Positions 30,625 through 39,444 of a stretch of 64,000 nucleotides of DNA are shown here, in pieces. The position numbers were made by a program, and so were the translations under genes. Each line of letters opens with the position of its first letter. Position 1 is the first letter of the stretch. The notes below the pieces were generated by a model. It saw nothing but the letters and a program-made list of their open reading frames with translations. It did no database searches and was not told the origin of the DNA. The DNA is from an uncultured virus (IMG/VR IMGVR_UViG_3300010391_001807) (Duplodnaviria; Heunggongvirae; Uroviricota; Caudoviricetes). The stretch lies in IMG/VR virus record IMGVR_UViG_3300010391_001807; one strand, given 5' to 3'.

Positions 30625-31352
30625 TATATTCCCCCTTGTTGCATAGGAAAGGCTAAATTATTAGGTTGTTGCAAATAAGGCGGTTTATAATCTACGCCTT
30701 GTTCTGGCTGTAAAATCCCTTTCTCAACCAAAAATTTACGAGGAACTCTTGTTGTCATCATGCTTTTGTCCAAATCTTTGGCGTTTCTCGCTGCACTATT
30801 CATAAGCAATTGGAACTCCGAATCAGCAGATGTGTCAACGAATGATTTATTATAACCACCCTGCGTCACATCATTAAAAATCTCAATGAAATCAGGAGCA
30901 CTATCAGTCCCTACCAGTTTATTCAGCCTTTGAATATTTCTGCGGTTGGGCTGAATAGCCATGACAAGACCCCCGTTTTTATGAGTAATCATACAAGTTT
31001 GTTCTATGGATAAACCACTAGGAGGCACTCTTTTTGAATCAAAAACTACCATGTGGACTCCTTCTTGAGTCTCGACTTCCACTCCTGACAAACAAAAAAC
31101 GTCATAATTCTTTTGTTGAATTAACTGTTTAGCAAGGTATCCTGGTTGCATGGAATTACGGCTGACAATACCAATGATGTCTAACCCTTTCAAAATAGCC
31201 GAACCAATGATGTCAGTCAAATGTCTAGTTTGAATATCAGTATCTGCATCCATCCCTGTAGACGGGTCCTCCAAAGCATGAATGTGCAAATCAGCATTCA
31301 AACTGTGTTTCCGCAACGCATATTTTAACATGGATTGACTAAACCAAGGCAT
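30624..31352 (-). CDS. PHP-domain protein with degenerate metal-binding motifs
   Basis: ADLHIH, GLDIIGIV, SGVEVET and DFIEIFN are present; canonical TDH, AHP and SDAH are replaced by SRN, IQP and SAAR. Confidence 0.75.
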   Translation of the reverse strand: MPWFSQSMLKYALRKHSLNADLHIHALEDPSTGMDADTDIQTRHLTDIIGSAILKGLDIIGIVSRNSMQPGYLAKQLIQQKNYDVFCLSGVEVETQEGVHMVVFDSKRVPPSGLSIEQTCMITHKNGGLVMAIQPNRRNIQRLNKLVGTDSAPDFIEIFNDVTQGGYNKSFVDTSADSEFQLLMNSAARNAKDLDKSMMTTRVPRKFLVEKGILQPEQGVDYKPPYLQQPNNLAFPMQQGGI

Positions 31353-31897
31353 TATTTGCCACCTTTTAATTTGAAAGTGTATGTCTTAAATCTTTTACCA
31401 TCACCAAACTGAACTGTTATTTCATCAATGGTCCATCTAAACTTTCTCAAATCTTTAATATCTGCAGTTTCCCCATCGCCATTTACTTTAACGGAGACAT
31501 GTGGAAGGAACCCATATGCCCTCTCAACCTCACGGCCCAGTTTCTCCTCAATGGCATTGACAATATTAGTGTATAACTCTGCTCCATCAATGACATTCAC
31601 ATTCGCCACCAGACTCTTTTCTTCATTCCCCATAATACTAATTGCTGTCAATTGGCATTTAATAGGTGCAGTTTTATCACAAACGGATGTCAAAGCATCC
31701 AGTATTTTCTGTCTATCCTCAGCCTTATCAATATCTGTGGGCACATAAAGAATGGTCATGTGTAAGTTTTCGTCCAAACCTTCAATGTGGTCAAATGCCT
31801 TACGGGCGGCATGAGGGAGCCATGCAGCCACAAAAGCCGTGCCATCGCCATTGATTTCTGAAGCACTTATTTTCGACATCGCGAAGTTGTACCACAT
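31352..31897 (-). CDS. 2H phosphoesterase (LigT/2'-5' RNA ligase/Acb1-like superfamily)
   Basis: Two HxT/S motifs, LHMTILY and FLPHVSV; RBS-supported start MWYNFA at 31897. Confidence 0.8.
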   Translation of the reverse strand: MWYNFAMSKISASEINGDGTAFVAAWLPHAARKAFDHIEGLDENLHMTILYVPTDIDKAEDRQKILDALTSVCDKTAPIKCQLTAISIMGNEEKSLVANVNVIDGAELYTNIVNAIEEKLGREVERAYGFLPHVSVKVNGDGETADIKDLRKFRWTIDEITVQFGDGKRFKTYTFKLKGGK

Positions 31898-31919
31898 ACT
31901 TTGCACCTGCTTCTAATAA

Positions 31920-31947
31920 ATTATTGAATCATAACTCATTTACCTGC
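31920..31947 (-). promoter_or_regulatory. Conserved phage promoter motif GCAGG-N19-TAAT
   Basis: GCAGG taaatgagttatgattcaa TAAT. Confidence 0.7.
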
Positions 31948-31951
31948 AAAG

Positions 31952-31984
31952 AAAAAGCCCAGAGATTTCTCTCTGAGCTTTTTT
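31952..31984 (-). terminator. Intrinsic terminator after the actin-like gene
   Basis: Minus strand AGCTCAGAGA-GAAA-TCTCTGGGCT followed by a T-tract. Confidence 0.75.
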
Positions 31985-32004
31985 AATAATAATTTTAATC
32001 AAAA

Positions 32005-33135
32005 CTAAGTCCCTTCATACCCGACTTCGGCTGCAATTAGGCAACCTTTTGTTACAACATATTTTGGATCAACAGCTTTCTTAATCTCTCCAACTCTAAA
32101 TGGTAATTTCTTTTTCTCAATTCTCTGCTTAAAAATATCCTCAAAACCATTAGGAATTGCCGTCCCGCCAGCCAAAATGATATCCAAAGCCCCATTCAAG
32201 GCTGGCTTCTTATCTTCAAATTCCTTGGAAATGCTGTCAATGACATAGTCCATAAGCCCTTCATAAAAAATTTGCAGGGCACTTAAAACTTGGAAATGCC
32301 AGTCTTCATCATCAGGAGCAATGTTAGACTTAGATGCTACCTCAGATGCATATCCAAAAATATCCTCTGAAATCTTAGTCAAATCTGCAAAATTTTCCTT
32401 GTATAAAACACATCGGGCTTCGGAGCCCATCTGTGCCCCATAAGCATCAAACAATCTCTTATCAATCCAATCACCAGAAGAGCCCTGTCCTAATCCAAGG
32501 GCATTAGCCAAAGAGAAAGACAGAGTGTCTAATCCTTTATAAGCAACACAAACATTTATCATGCCACCGCCACAACTAATTCCTATCCCAGTGAATTTAC
32601 ATTCTTGACCATCAATGACAGCCACTGGAGCCGTAGCATAAATGACTGCCAACCCTTCAATGATTGGTTCTGGCGTCCAACCCAATGTTTCTAAAGCCTT
32701 CTTAGCCATTCCCTTGTGATGCATAGTGTTCATGTTCTTATCAATGGGATTGGCTGGAATGGAATATACAACGGTCTCTCCAGCCTCTTTTGGCTCTCTC
32801 AAAACACTTTTAGCAATAGCCTGCATTATTCTCAAGGCTTTCAAGTCACCTTGTAAAACTCCCGCCGCCATTGGACGGACTATCTCGGTGCCCATACTAT
32901 TAGCAAGATTTATGGCATCTTCACCAATGGCATACACATAATCCTCTTTCCCCAAATCAACCACGTTGATTTTTGAGGATTCAATGATTCTCATGATGGC
33001 ATCTGTTTTTAAGATGGGAAGATAACAGTTTCTCTGTTCTCTGGTCCTAATCTCTAATTGCTCAGGTTCATCTTTTTTAGGAACTCTACGAGATGCGATT
33101 ACTGTTGAAGTTCCCCAGTCTAATCCAATACCCAT
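32005..33135 (-). CDS. Actin-superfamily ATPase, volactin-like
   Basis: Phosphate-1 GLDWGTS, connect-1 PIIEGLAVIY, phosphate-2 GISCGGGMINV, adenosine ILAGGT; also QRN, IGEDA, RPM..G.L, YSIPANPID and GDWID blocks like haloarchaeal volactin. Confidence 0.88.
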   Translation of the reverse strand: MGIGLDWGTSTVIASRRVPKKDEPEQLEIRTREQRNCYLPILKTDAIMRIIESSKINVVDLGKEDYVYAIGEDAINLANSMGTEIVRPMAAGVLQGDLKALRIMQAIAKSVLREPKEAGETVVYSIPANPIDKNMNTMHHKGMAKKALETLGWTPEPIIEGLAVIYATAPVAVIDGQECKFTGIGISCGGGMINVCVAYKGLDTLSFSLANALGLGQGSSGDWIDKRLFDAYGAQMGSEARCVLYKENFADLTKISEDIFGYASEVASKSNIAPDDEDWHFQVLSALQIFYEGLMDYVIDSISKEFEDKKPALNGALDIILAGGTAIPNGFEDIFKQRIEKKKLPFRVGEIKKAVDPKYVVTKGCLIAAEVGYEGT

Positions 33136-33161
33136 TTTAATCTCCTTCTTCCTTAAATATA

Positions 33162-33929
33162 TTATACAGTATTCCCAACTTTACAACCACAAAAAGCACA
33201 GAAATAGCTTCCTTCAGATACCGTCTTCTTACAAGATGGACACAAAAAAACAACCTGCTTTTTATGACCACAATTAGGACAGAAACTACCACCATCAGGG
33301 ATGGCAGTATCACAGAAATTACATTTTTCAACTTCAAGATTCTTAGAATTGTCTATTAATTCTAAAACTTCTTCTACACTTAGTTCCATATAATCTGCTA
33401 AATTTATGATAAATTGCTGCTCTTCCTCAGTATATTCAACCTTATTGGCCAAAGATAAAATAGTGATGTTAATTTCTGGTTCTTCTTGCTCCTCTGAATC
33501 ATCAATATCCTTATATTTTCGAAAAGCATCTAGTATTTTCTTGATGTTTTCTTTACCTTCTACATCCATATTAATTGTTCTGCCCTCAGTAGTTCCATCA
33601 GATAATTCTTTATAGACCCGGAAATTACCCACTTCTAACAGGTTAGATGATGTTTTGGCCAGAGTCTCAAGAAAAGCATCATCTAAAATACTGGCATCAT
33701 ATCTGCGATTGCCTTCCTTGTCATTACTCACATGTAAGTCATATTTTTTCTGGTAATCAAAATCAAACTCACGGCCATTGTCTTTGTCTTCTTTGGCTGC
33801 TAATACTTTATTACCAGCATTATCGGTCATGATTTCATTGCCGTATTTGTCCCGGTTATGGACAGTCCCAAAGTCTCGGCGAAAATAACGGTCGGTGCCA
33901 CTACTGGTAGATTCAATCTTATTTGGCAT
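33162..33929 (-). CDS. Protein with C-terminal double zinc ribbon
   Basis: CNFC...FCPNCG...CPSC...FCAFCG. Confidence 0.75.
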   Translation of the reverse strand: MPNKIESTSSGTDRYFRRDFGTVHNRDKYGNEIMTDNAGNKVLAAKEDKDNGREFDFDYQKKYDLHVSNDKEGNRRYDASILDDAFLETLAKTSSNLLEVGNFRVYKELSDGTTEGRTINMDVEGKENIKKILDAFRKYKDIDDSEEQEEPEINITILSLANKVEYTEEEQQFIINLADYMELSVEEVLELIDNSKNLEVEKCNFCDTAIPDGGSFCPNCGHKKQVVFLCPSCKKTVSEGSYFCAFCGCKVGNTV

Positions 33930-34554
33930 TTTGCTTACCTCCAGATTTATTGAGCAATCTTTTCAGTTCAGAGGGATCAACATCATCACTCTGAAATGTT
34001 TCTTCATTAGCAGGAGGGGACTCATTCACTTGAGGGAACTTCTGTTCTAAGGCACTTTGCATTCTATCAATGCTGGCAGCCACCATGTCTTTCTCATACT
34101 GATTTTCTGTTTTCACTGCAGCGTCAGTATTATCAAGAATATTACCAATTTTATCCACTAAATCCTGCTCTTTAGGTATATCCTCTTTACTATTGATGTT
34201 CTTGGATATTTCTTGACCAATGGTAGTCGCTATAGCAGTAATCATATCCATGTCAATGGGTTTATGCATCTTTTTACTAACCTCATCGGCAAGATGTTGA
34301 ATGAAATCTTCATCAACTTCATTATCTGCCGATGTATAACCCTGAGAAACAATCATGGTGGGAGATGAAACATGGTCTGGAACTAAATTATTTAAAGCAA
34401 TTTGTTCGATGATTCCTCGGGATTTTCTTAAGATGTCCTCAGAATATAAACTCAAATCAACAACGGCATTAATTCCTATTTCTAAATAATTCATGTCATT
34501 TATGACTAATATGGTTCCAGAAACATTCCGATATTTTCTAGCTAGGCCATTCAT
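33919..34554 (-). CDS. Hypothetical protein in the actin operon
   Basis: 211-aa coupled ORF; N-terminal domain resembles that of 43433-44425. Confidence 0.65.
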   Translation of the reverse strand: MNGLARKYRNVSGTILVINDMNYLEIGINAVVDLSLYSEDILRKSRGIIEQIALNNLVPDHVSSPTMIVSQGYTSADNEVDEDFIQHLADEVSKKMHKPIDMDMITAIATTIGQEISKNINSKEDIPKEQDLVDKIGNILDNTDAAVKTENQYEKDMVAASIDRMQSALEQKFPQVNESPPANEETFQSDDVDPSELKRLLNKSGGKQNAK

Positions 34555-34898
34555 TATTGTATTCCTTTCAACGCTTTGGTAAGATCCCCGATATCATCAT
34601 GGGAGCTAGACTCCTGAGAACTAACCTCTGACACGTCTACAGACCTGTCAAATATTTTACCATCCATCTGCGTCAAAGATTCTTCCAATTGGTTCTCATA
34701 ATCATTAATTGGTTGTTTTTTAACTTTAGGTGTTTGCTTGGTGGCATTTCCCCCGTCATAAACAAAAGAAGTGCTCAAAATGGCATTTTTAATATCACAA
34801 AGAGCACTTACTATTTTTTTATGAGATTCCCAAATGACTATAGCTAAAACCCCAACACCAATCAAATAAACCAAAAGTATGATAGTTGTAGTCCACAT
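34554..34898 (-). CDS. Small single-pass membrane protein
   Basis: N-terminal hydrophobic helix TIILLVYLIGVGVLAIVIW followed by HKK. Confidence 0.75.
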   Translation of the reverse strand: MWTTTIILLVYLIGVGVLAIVIWESHKKIVSALCDIKNAILSTSFVYDGGNATKQTPKVKKQPINDYENQLEESLTQMDGKIFDRSVDVSEVSSQESSSHDDIGDLTKALKGIQ

Positions 34899-35375
34899 TT
34901 AACTGGGTTTTTTCACACTCATCCCTTGAGCTTCACCAACATTATATTTGCCTTCAATATCAGGAATGCTCTCTAACAGTTTTGCAATTTTTTCTCTAGC
35001 CTCTAAATTTCCAGGAGCATTAATATATAAAAACTCAACATTAACTTTAAAATATTGTTCCATCGGCTGATCAAGACCAAATTTAGAAGGAACAGCCGTT
35101 TCCTTAGCATCTGGTGCAGCAGTAGGTAATGTCTCCCCACCACCACCAAGACCACCAGCATCTAATCCGCCGCCCATAGCACCTAAATCATTCACCCCAG
35201 GAGCCATAGTCATGTCTTCTCCGCCCCACTGGGCTGTCTTAGACATAGTGTCCAATTCATTCGCAATAACCAATAATTTATCTATTAATTTATCTATTTC
35301 GCCACCGAATTGCTCTGTGTCCAAATTCAAAGCAGCTACCCTTAATGAGGCACTAATTTCTCTTGTTTGATTCAT
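34899..35375 (-). CDS. Hypothetical (putative head-associated) protein
   Basis: 158 aa; helical leader ending SKTAQ, then a Gly-rich linker. Confidence 0.6.
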   Translation of the reverse strand: MNQTREISASLRVAALNLDTEQFGGEIDKLIDKLLVIANELDTMSKTAQWGGEDMTMAPGVNDLGAMGGGLDAGGLGGGGETLPTAAPDAKETAVPSKFGLDQPMEQYFKVNVEFLYINAPGNLEAREKIAKLLESIPDIEGKYNVGEAQGMSVKKPS

Positions 35376-35406
35376 AATTTAGAAAAACCTCCTTTCTAAT
35401 TATTAC

Positions 35407-35434
35407 ATTGTCTAAAACTTAACCATAGACCTGC
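35407..35434 (-). promoter_or_regulatory. Conserved phage promoter motif GCAGG-N19-CAAT
   Basis: GCAGG tctatggttaagttttaga CAAT, heading the actin operon. Confidence 0.7.
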
Positions 35435-35437
35435 AAA

Positions 35438-36328
35438 TTAGACATCTAATCTACCTTCATAATACAATCTATAGAAAAACATTTCTGACAGATCCACATT
35501 ATATGGCATCTCAATCATGTCATATACATATGTAACATCTGTCATTTTAGTCTCCTTAATATTGAATTCTATATTTCCAAATTTAAAATTAACTTTTCGC
35601 TCATTATCATCAATTATAATTCCTCCACTACGAGAGTTCATTTTCTTATTCCCAAAAAATTTGACCCTATTTTTGAAGTTTAATAATAATTTGGTATCGC
35701 CTGGGTCCTTGATGAAAGCGGTCTTAGGGAAGTGAATTAGCTGTTTCACCTTCACCGTTCCATCCCTATGCGTATTTACATTCAGACTAATGGTATTGCT
35801 ATTAAAATTTTCAGTAACATTTCTCCATTCTTGCATGATACCAATCCCAGTAACATCCACGGCCCCATGACCAATGATTTTAACTGTCTCCCCATTCATT
35901 AACCCCTGATATTTAGGGTCAATATTAAAAGCATCTAACTCCAAAGAATCATCATTCCAATAATCTATCTGCCCCACATTAGTATGAATTTTTAGAATGG
36001 GAGCTTCCAAAAAGTTATAACTGAAGTTAATCTCCTGAGTATGACAATCCCTTAAAACACCATGCATCGTATCCACAATGTTCAGAGGCACATTCTTGGA
36101 CAAATTTTCTACAAATGGTAAAATCCCCTCCTCAGCATATTCCACGTTTTCAATATGAGACACAATGTCAAGTTCTTTTGTGTCAGTATCTAAATAATAA
36201 TATAAAAATGCCCGACTCATGATATTCTCTTTTATTATTAAATGATCAAAAGGAGTCATTTCATCATCATCTGGGTCGGAAACGTAACAGGCTAAATCAT
36301 TCTCAGTCATTACCATAATATTCACCAA
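35438..36328 (-). CDS. Hypothetical protein
   Basis: 296-aa ORF divergent from 36362. Confidence 0.6.
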   Translation of the reverse strand: MVNIMVMTENDLACYVSDPDDDEMTPFDHLIIKENIMSRAFLYYYLDTDTKELDIVSHIENVEYAEEGILPFVENLSKNVPLNIVDTMHGVLRDCHTQEINFSYNFLEAPILKIHTNVGQIDYWNDDSLELDAFNIDPKYQGLMNGETVKIIGHGAVDVTGIGIMQEWRNVTENFNSNTISLNVNTHRDGTVKVKQLIHFPKTAFIKDPGDTKLLLNFKNRVKFFGNKKMNSRSGGIIIDDNERKVNFKFGNIEFNIKETKMTDVTYVYDMIEMPYNVDLSEMFFYRLYYEGRLDV

Positions 36329-36361
36329 TTTTGTATAATATGTCCAAAGGAGTTAACAACC

Positions 36362-37042
36362 ATGTGGTTTTCTAAAATCTTAGACCAAAATAATTTAATG
36401 TTAGAAATAGACATGCCTTATATTAAAACATCTGACATTGAATTTATTATACAGGATTCGAATTACAGCATCAAAGAGTATCGGAACAATGTCATCAAGG
36501 CCGTGGAATGGAAAAGGGCTATCCCATTGATTAATATATCTTTTCATTATCATCTTTTCAGGGATGAGAACGTGCCCACACCAGAAGAATTCCTACAAGA
36601 CTATGAAAGAGATAATAAAAGTTTCCTCTCCCTAATATCACAGGATTTGATTCCAGGCATTCAATATCGAGTCATGAGAGCCTACCCTTCATTGATTCGG
36701 GATACCCATTTTGTCTCGAAATCCCGAGAGATGGGTTATGAGACCATTCGTACCCTACAATTGGATTTACACGGCATTGACGCTATGATTCTGTTGGAAT
36801 TTAAAACACTCTTAATCCGTTTATACTATGATTCCAAGAGATCTAACCAGTATAAAAATGCGAAGGCTAATTCTCACCAACTGCAAAATTGCATTGACCT
36901 GGGATTGAACAAACGGAATAGCACCCCAGTGGGAAACATATTACTATATTCTGATGAAACAATTAAAAATATGATTGACGAAAACAAGGTGAATGAAGAA
37001 GAAAATGTTAAAATAGATGAAAAGTTAGAGGAAAATCACTAA
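36362..37042 (+). CDS. Putative PD-(D/E)XK nuclease, TaqI-like restriction endonuclease fold
   Basis: RBS AAGGAG; RVMRAYPSLIRDTHF...LDLHGIDAMI resembles TaqI-like families; no methyltransferase adjacent. Confidence 0.4.
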   Translation: MWFSKILDQNNLMLEIDMPYIKTSDIEFIIQDSNYSIKEYRNNVIKAVEWKRAIPLINISFHYHLFRDENVPTPEEFLQDYERDNKSFLSLISQDLIPGIQYRVMRAYPSLIRDTHFVSKSREMGYETIRTLQLDLHGIDAMILLEFKTLLIRLYYDSKRSNQYKNAKANSHQLQNCIDLGLNKRNSTPVGNILLYSDETIKNMIDENKVNEEENVKIDEKLEENH

Positions 37043-37043
37043 T

Positions 37044-37424
37044 ATGAAAACTATTTTGGCACAACTCAATGAAATATCAACTAAACTGGACGAGTTAGAC
37101 TTGATCAAATTTGCAGACATAGTGGATGAAGTCATGCAGAAGGTCGCTACTACTCCAGAACAACAACTTCTTGATTTAAATACACTAATTGGTGAAACAG
37201 AAAAAGACGAAGGCTATTATGAAGAGGAGGCGGAAAAAACACAAAACATAAGGCTCCCCAAAATGCAACAGACAGTCCTGGAAAAGCAAAAAGCATTGCA
37301 AGATATGAGAAAACAACAGAAAGAATTCAAAAACAAAGCACCAGAACAAGAACCACAGCAACAAACACTCCAAACCACACCGACTGCACCGGCTGGCCTT
37401 GGGGGAAATAGGCTTATGGTTTAA
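37044..37424 (+). CDS. Coiled-coil hypothetical protein with helical leader
   Basis: 126 aa; LAQLNEISTKLDELDLIKFADIVDEVMQKVA. Confidence 0.65.
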   Translation: MKTILAQLNEISTKLDELDLIKFADIVDEVMQKVATTPEQQLLDLNTLIGETEKDEGYYEEEAEKTQNIRLPKMQQTVLEKQKALQDMRKQQKEFKNKAPEQEPQQQTLQTTPTAPAGLGGNRLMV

Positions 37425-37606
37425 CCCGCAGATTCATCTGTTCCAAAATGTTCTCTGATTTCAATTTGCCGTCAGTATAAAGGAGATTTCTTTATAGCTC
37501 CTAATTCTATAGAACTAGTTTAAAAATGTGAAACTTCCACACTTTCGGGATAACTACCAACCCCTCACCAAATGTTTCGGGGAATACTTTCCGCATTATA
37601 CTGCAA

Positions 37607-38143
37607 TTAGGAAGCCTGGGTAAGTATTTTTCTCTGTTTTTCCAAATCATACTTCTCGTACTCAGCCCCACACACATCTACAATTTTCCCCACCAAATGA
37701 GTCGTAGACATGTTGTCAAACTGAGAAATGAGTTTTAATTCCACCCCATACTTACGAATAGTTTCAATCTCAGGACATTTTTCTCCCCACTCTGCTCCGG
37801 TCGTATGAATATGAGGCTTGGCAAGAGAAATCAAACGACTCCCTATCTCCACCTCATCAAATAAACAGACATAATCAACAAACATCAAAGAAGATAACAT
37901 ATAAACTCTTTCTTTCTCTGATATGATAGGTCTTTGAGGCCCCTTGTAGGTTCTAATGGACTCGTCTGAGTTAACACCTACTATTAAAACATCTCCATAG
38001 GATTTAGACAACTCTAAACCACGAATGTGTCCTGTATGAAGTAAATCATAGGATCCATTTGTAGTTACGATGATTTTTTGGGATCTTTTCAAATTTAAGG
38101 AAATTGATTCTAAATCTTCAATTTTAAGGATCTTTTCTGACAA
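37607..38143 (-). CDS. Cytidylyltransferase-family nucleotidyltransferase (RfaE/HldE domain II-like)
   Basis: TTNGSYDLLHTGH (HxGH), GDVLIVGVNSDESIRTYKGPQRPII, STTHLV. Confidence 0.88.
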   Translation of the reverse strand: MSEKILKIEDLESISLNLKRSQKIIVTTNGSYDLLHTGHIRGLELSKSYGDVLIVGVNSDESIRTYKGPQRPIISEKERVYMLSSLMFVDYVCLFDEVEIGSRLISLAKPHIHTTGAEWGEKCPEIETIRKYGVELKLISQFDNMSTTHLVGKIVDVCGAEYEKYDLEKQRKILTQAS

Positions 38144-38158
38144 AATTTTTGACTCCTT

Positions 38159-38238
38159 CCTATAGGTCCTTATAAGGCTCCTAGAAGGCCCCTATAAGGT
38201 CCTAGTATAGATCTGTTTAATAAGAATTCCTTTAAAGG
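38159..38238. repeat. Cluster of short CCT-N-AGG palindromes
   Basis: cctatagg, ccttataagg, cctagaagg, cctataagg and cctttaaagg within ~80 bp. Confidence 0.5.
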
Positions 38239-38306
38239 TGTTTATTAGATATTGCCATATCTAGGGGTGCAAAATCTGCACACTTTTTCGCCCAAAGGCC
38301 CTATTT

Positions 38307-39155
38307 TTACTGCAAAATACTATATTTCTGAGCAATTATTTTTTGTAAATTAGATAAAATCTCTTCTTTCGATGCTCCCGAAGCCCCTAATTCATTTGCG
38401 GCTCTAACTAACTCCCCAATCAGTTGGGGTGGATATGGCTTATTCCTAAAAATAAGTTGAACCATCTGAATGATAATATCACCAGAAATTACATTGGGTT
38501 TCTGCTCTCTTATGGGTTGATTAGCCACTTCTTGTATTCTTTCAAATAACTGAGCATTTTCTGGTGGAAATTCTCGCCCTTGGCGTTTGACATCAGCTTC
38601 GTGCAAATATCTTAGCATTGATGGGTTTAATCCCACTTCTGATAATCTTTTGATTAATCTTCTAAATGATGAATTAGAAACAGTTGAAGAATTATTTATT
38701 ATTTCACCAGGATACATATGAACCAATACTAAAGTTTTTATTTGCTGTTGTGTGGTTGGATCAACATTCATTCTGGACAATACATTGTCTATGTCATTAA
38801 TTCCAGCCTCATCATGCCCATGGGCTATGATTTGAGCAGGCCCGTGTTGAGTTTCATCATAATCTCGATAATGCACCGTCGAAGCATCTGGGAGTTGCAT
38901 TTTGGTAGCTACAGCCTTGCCCACGTCATGAAGCATGGCAGCCAGCATTAATACTTGCCGATCCTTGGGGTCCAGGTTCTCCCTGGTGGCGATTTCAGAG
39001 GCATTGTTGACCACTTCCATAGTATGTGCATAAACATCGCCTTCTGGATGATATTTGGGGTCCTGAGGAACGCCTTTCAAGGTATTAACAAGATTTAGTA
39101 AATTATCAGAATTATTAGGAGGAAGTTCTTGGTTAAAAGCAGTTGTGTACCACAT
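38307..39155 (-). CDS. Stand-alone HD-domain phosphohydrolase (type found in multifunctional CCA enzymes)
   Basis: PQDPKYHPEGDVYAHT, AAMLHDVGK, HGHD, HM and EAD motifs. Confidence 0.88.
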   Translation of the reverse strand: MWYTTAFNQELPPNNSDNLLNLVNTLKGVPQDPKYHPEGDVYAHTMEVVNNASEIATRENLDPKDRQVLMLAAMLHDVGKAVATKMQLPDASTVHYRDYDETQHGPAQIIAHGHDEAGINDIDNVLSRMNVDPTTQQQIKTLVLVHMYPGEIINNSSTVSNSSFRRLIKRLSEVGLNPSMLRYLHEADVKRQGREFPPENAQLFERIQEVANQPIREQKPNVISGDIIIQMVQLIFRNKPYPPQLIGELVRAANELGASGASKEEILSNLQKIIAQKYSILQ

Positions 39156-39424
39156 TATGCAGTTTCCTTCACCACATCATGGAACAGTTTAATAGCCCCC
39201 TTTAAAGTAGGAGCTTCTTGATAAACTCTATGAGTATTAGTAACATAATATATTTTACCATTAATTTTTGATTTCCAAACTGCAGGACTTTCTTTCCCAC
39301 CGGGGCCATGATGCCAAACAGCCTTGGCTTTCATAACCTCGGTTCTTTCTTCTTCCGTTAGAGGAATTTTGTTCTCTTTTAAGACTTCCATATGAGATTT
39401 TCTTTCGGCGGCTGTGTACCACAT
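39155..39424 (-). CDS. Small basic hypothetical protein with MWY leader
   Basis: 89 aa; [18 protein letters not shown]...YVTNTHR. Confidence 0.7.
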   Translation of the reverse strand: MWYTAAERKSHMEVLKENKIPLTEEERTEVMKAKAVWHHGPGGKESPAVWKSKINGKIYYVTNTHRVYQEAPTLKGAIKLFHDVVKETA

Positions 39425-39444
39425 TATTATGTCACCAAATTATA

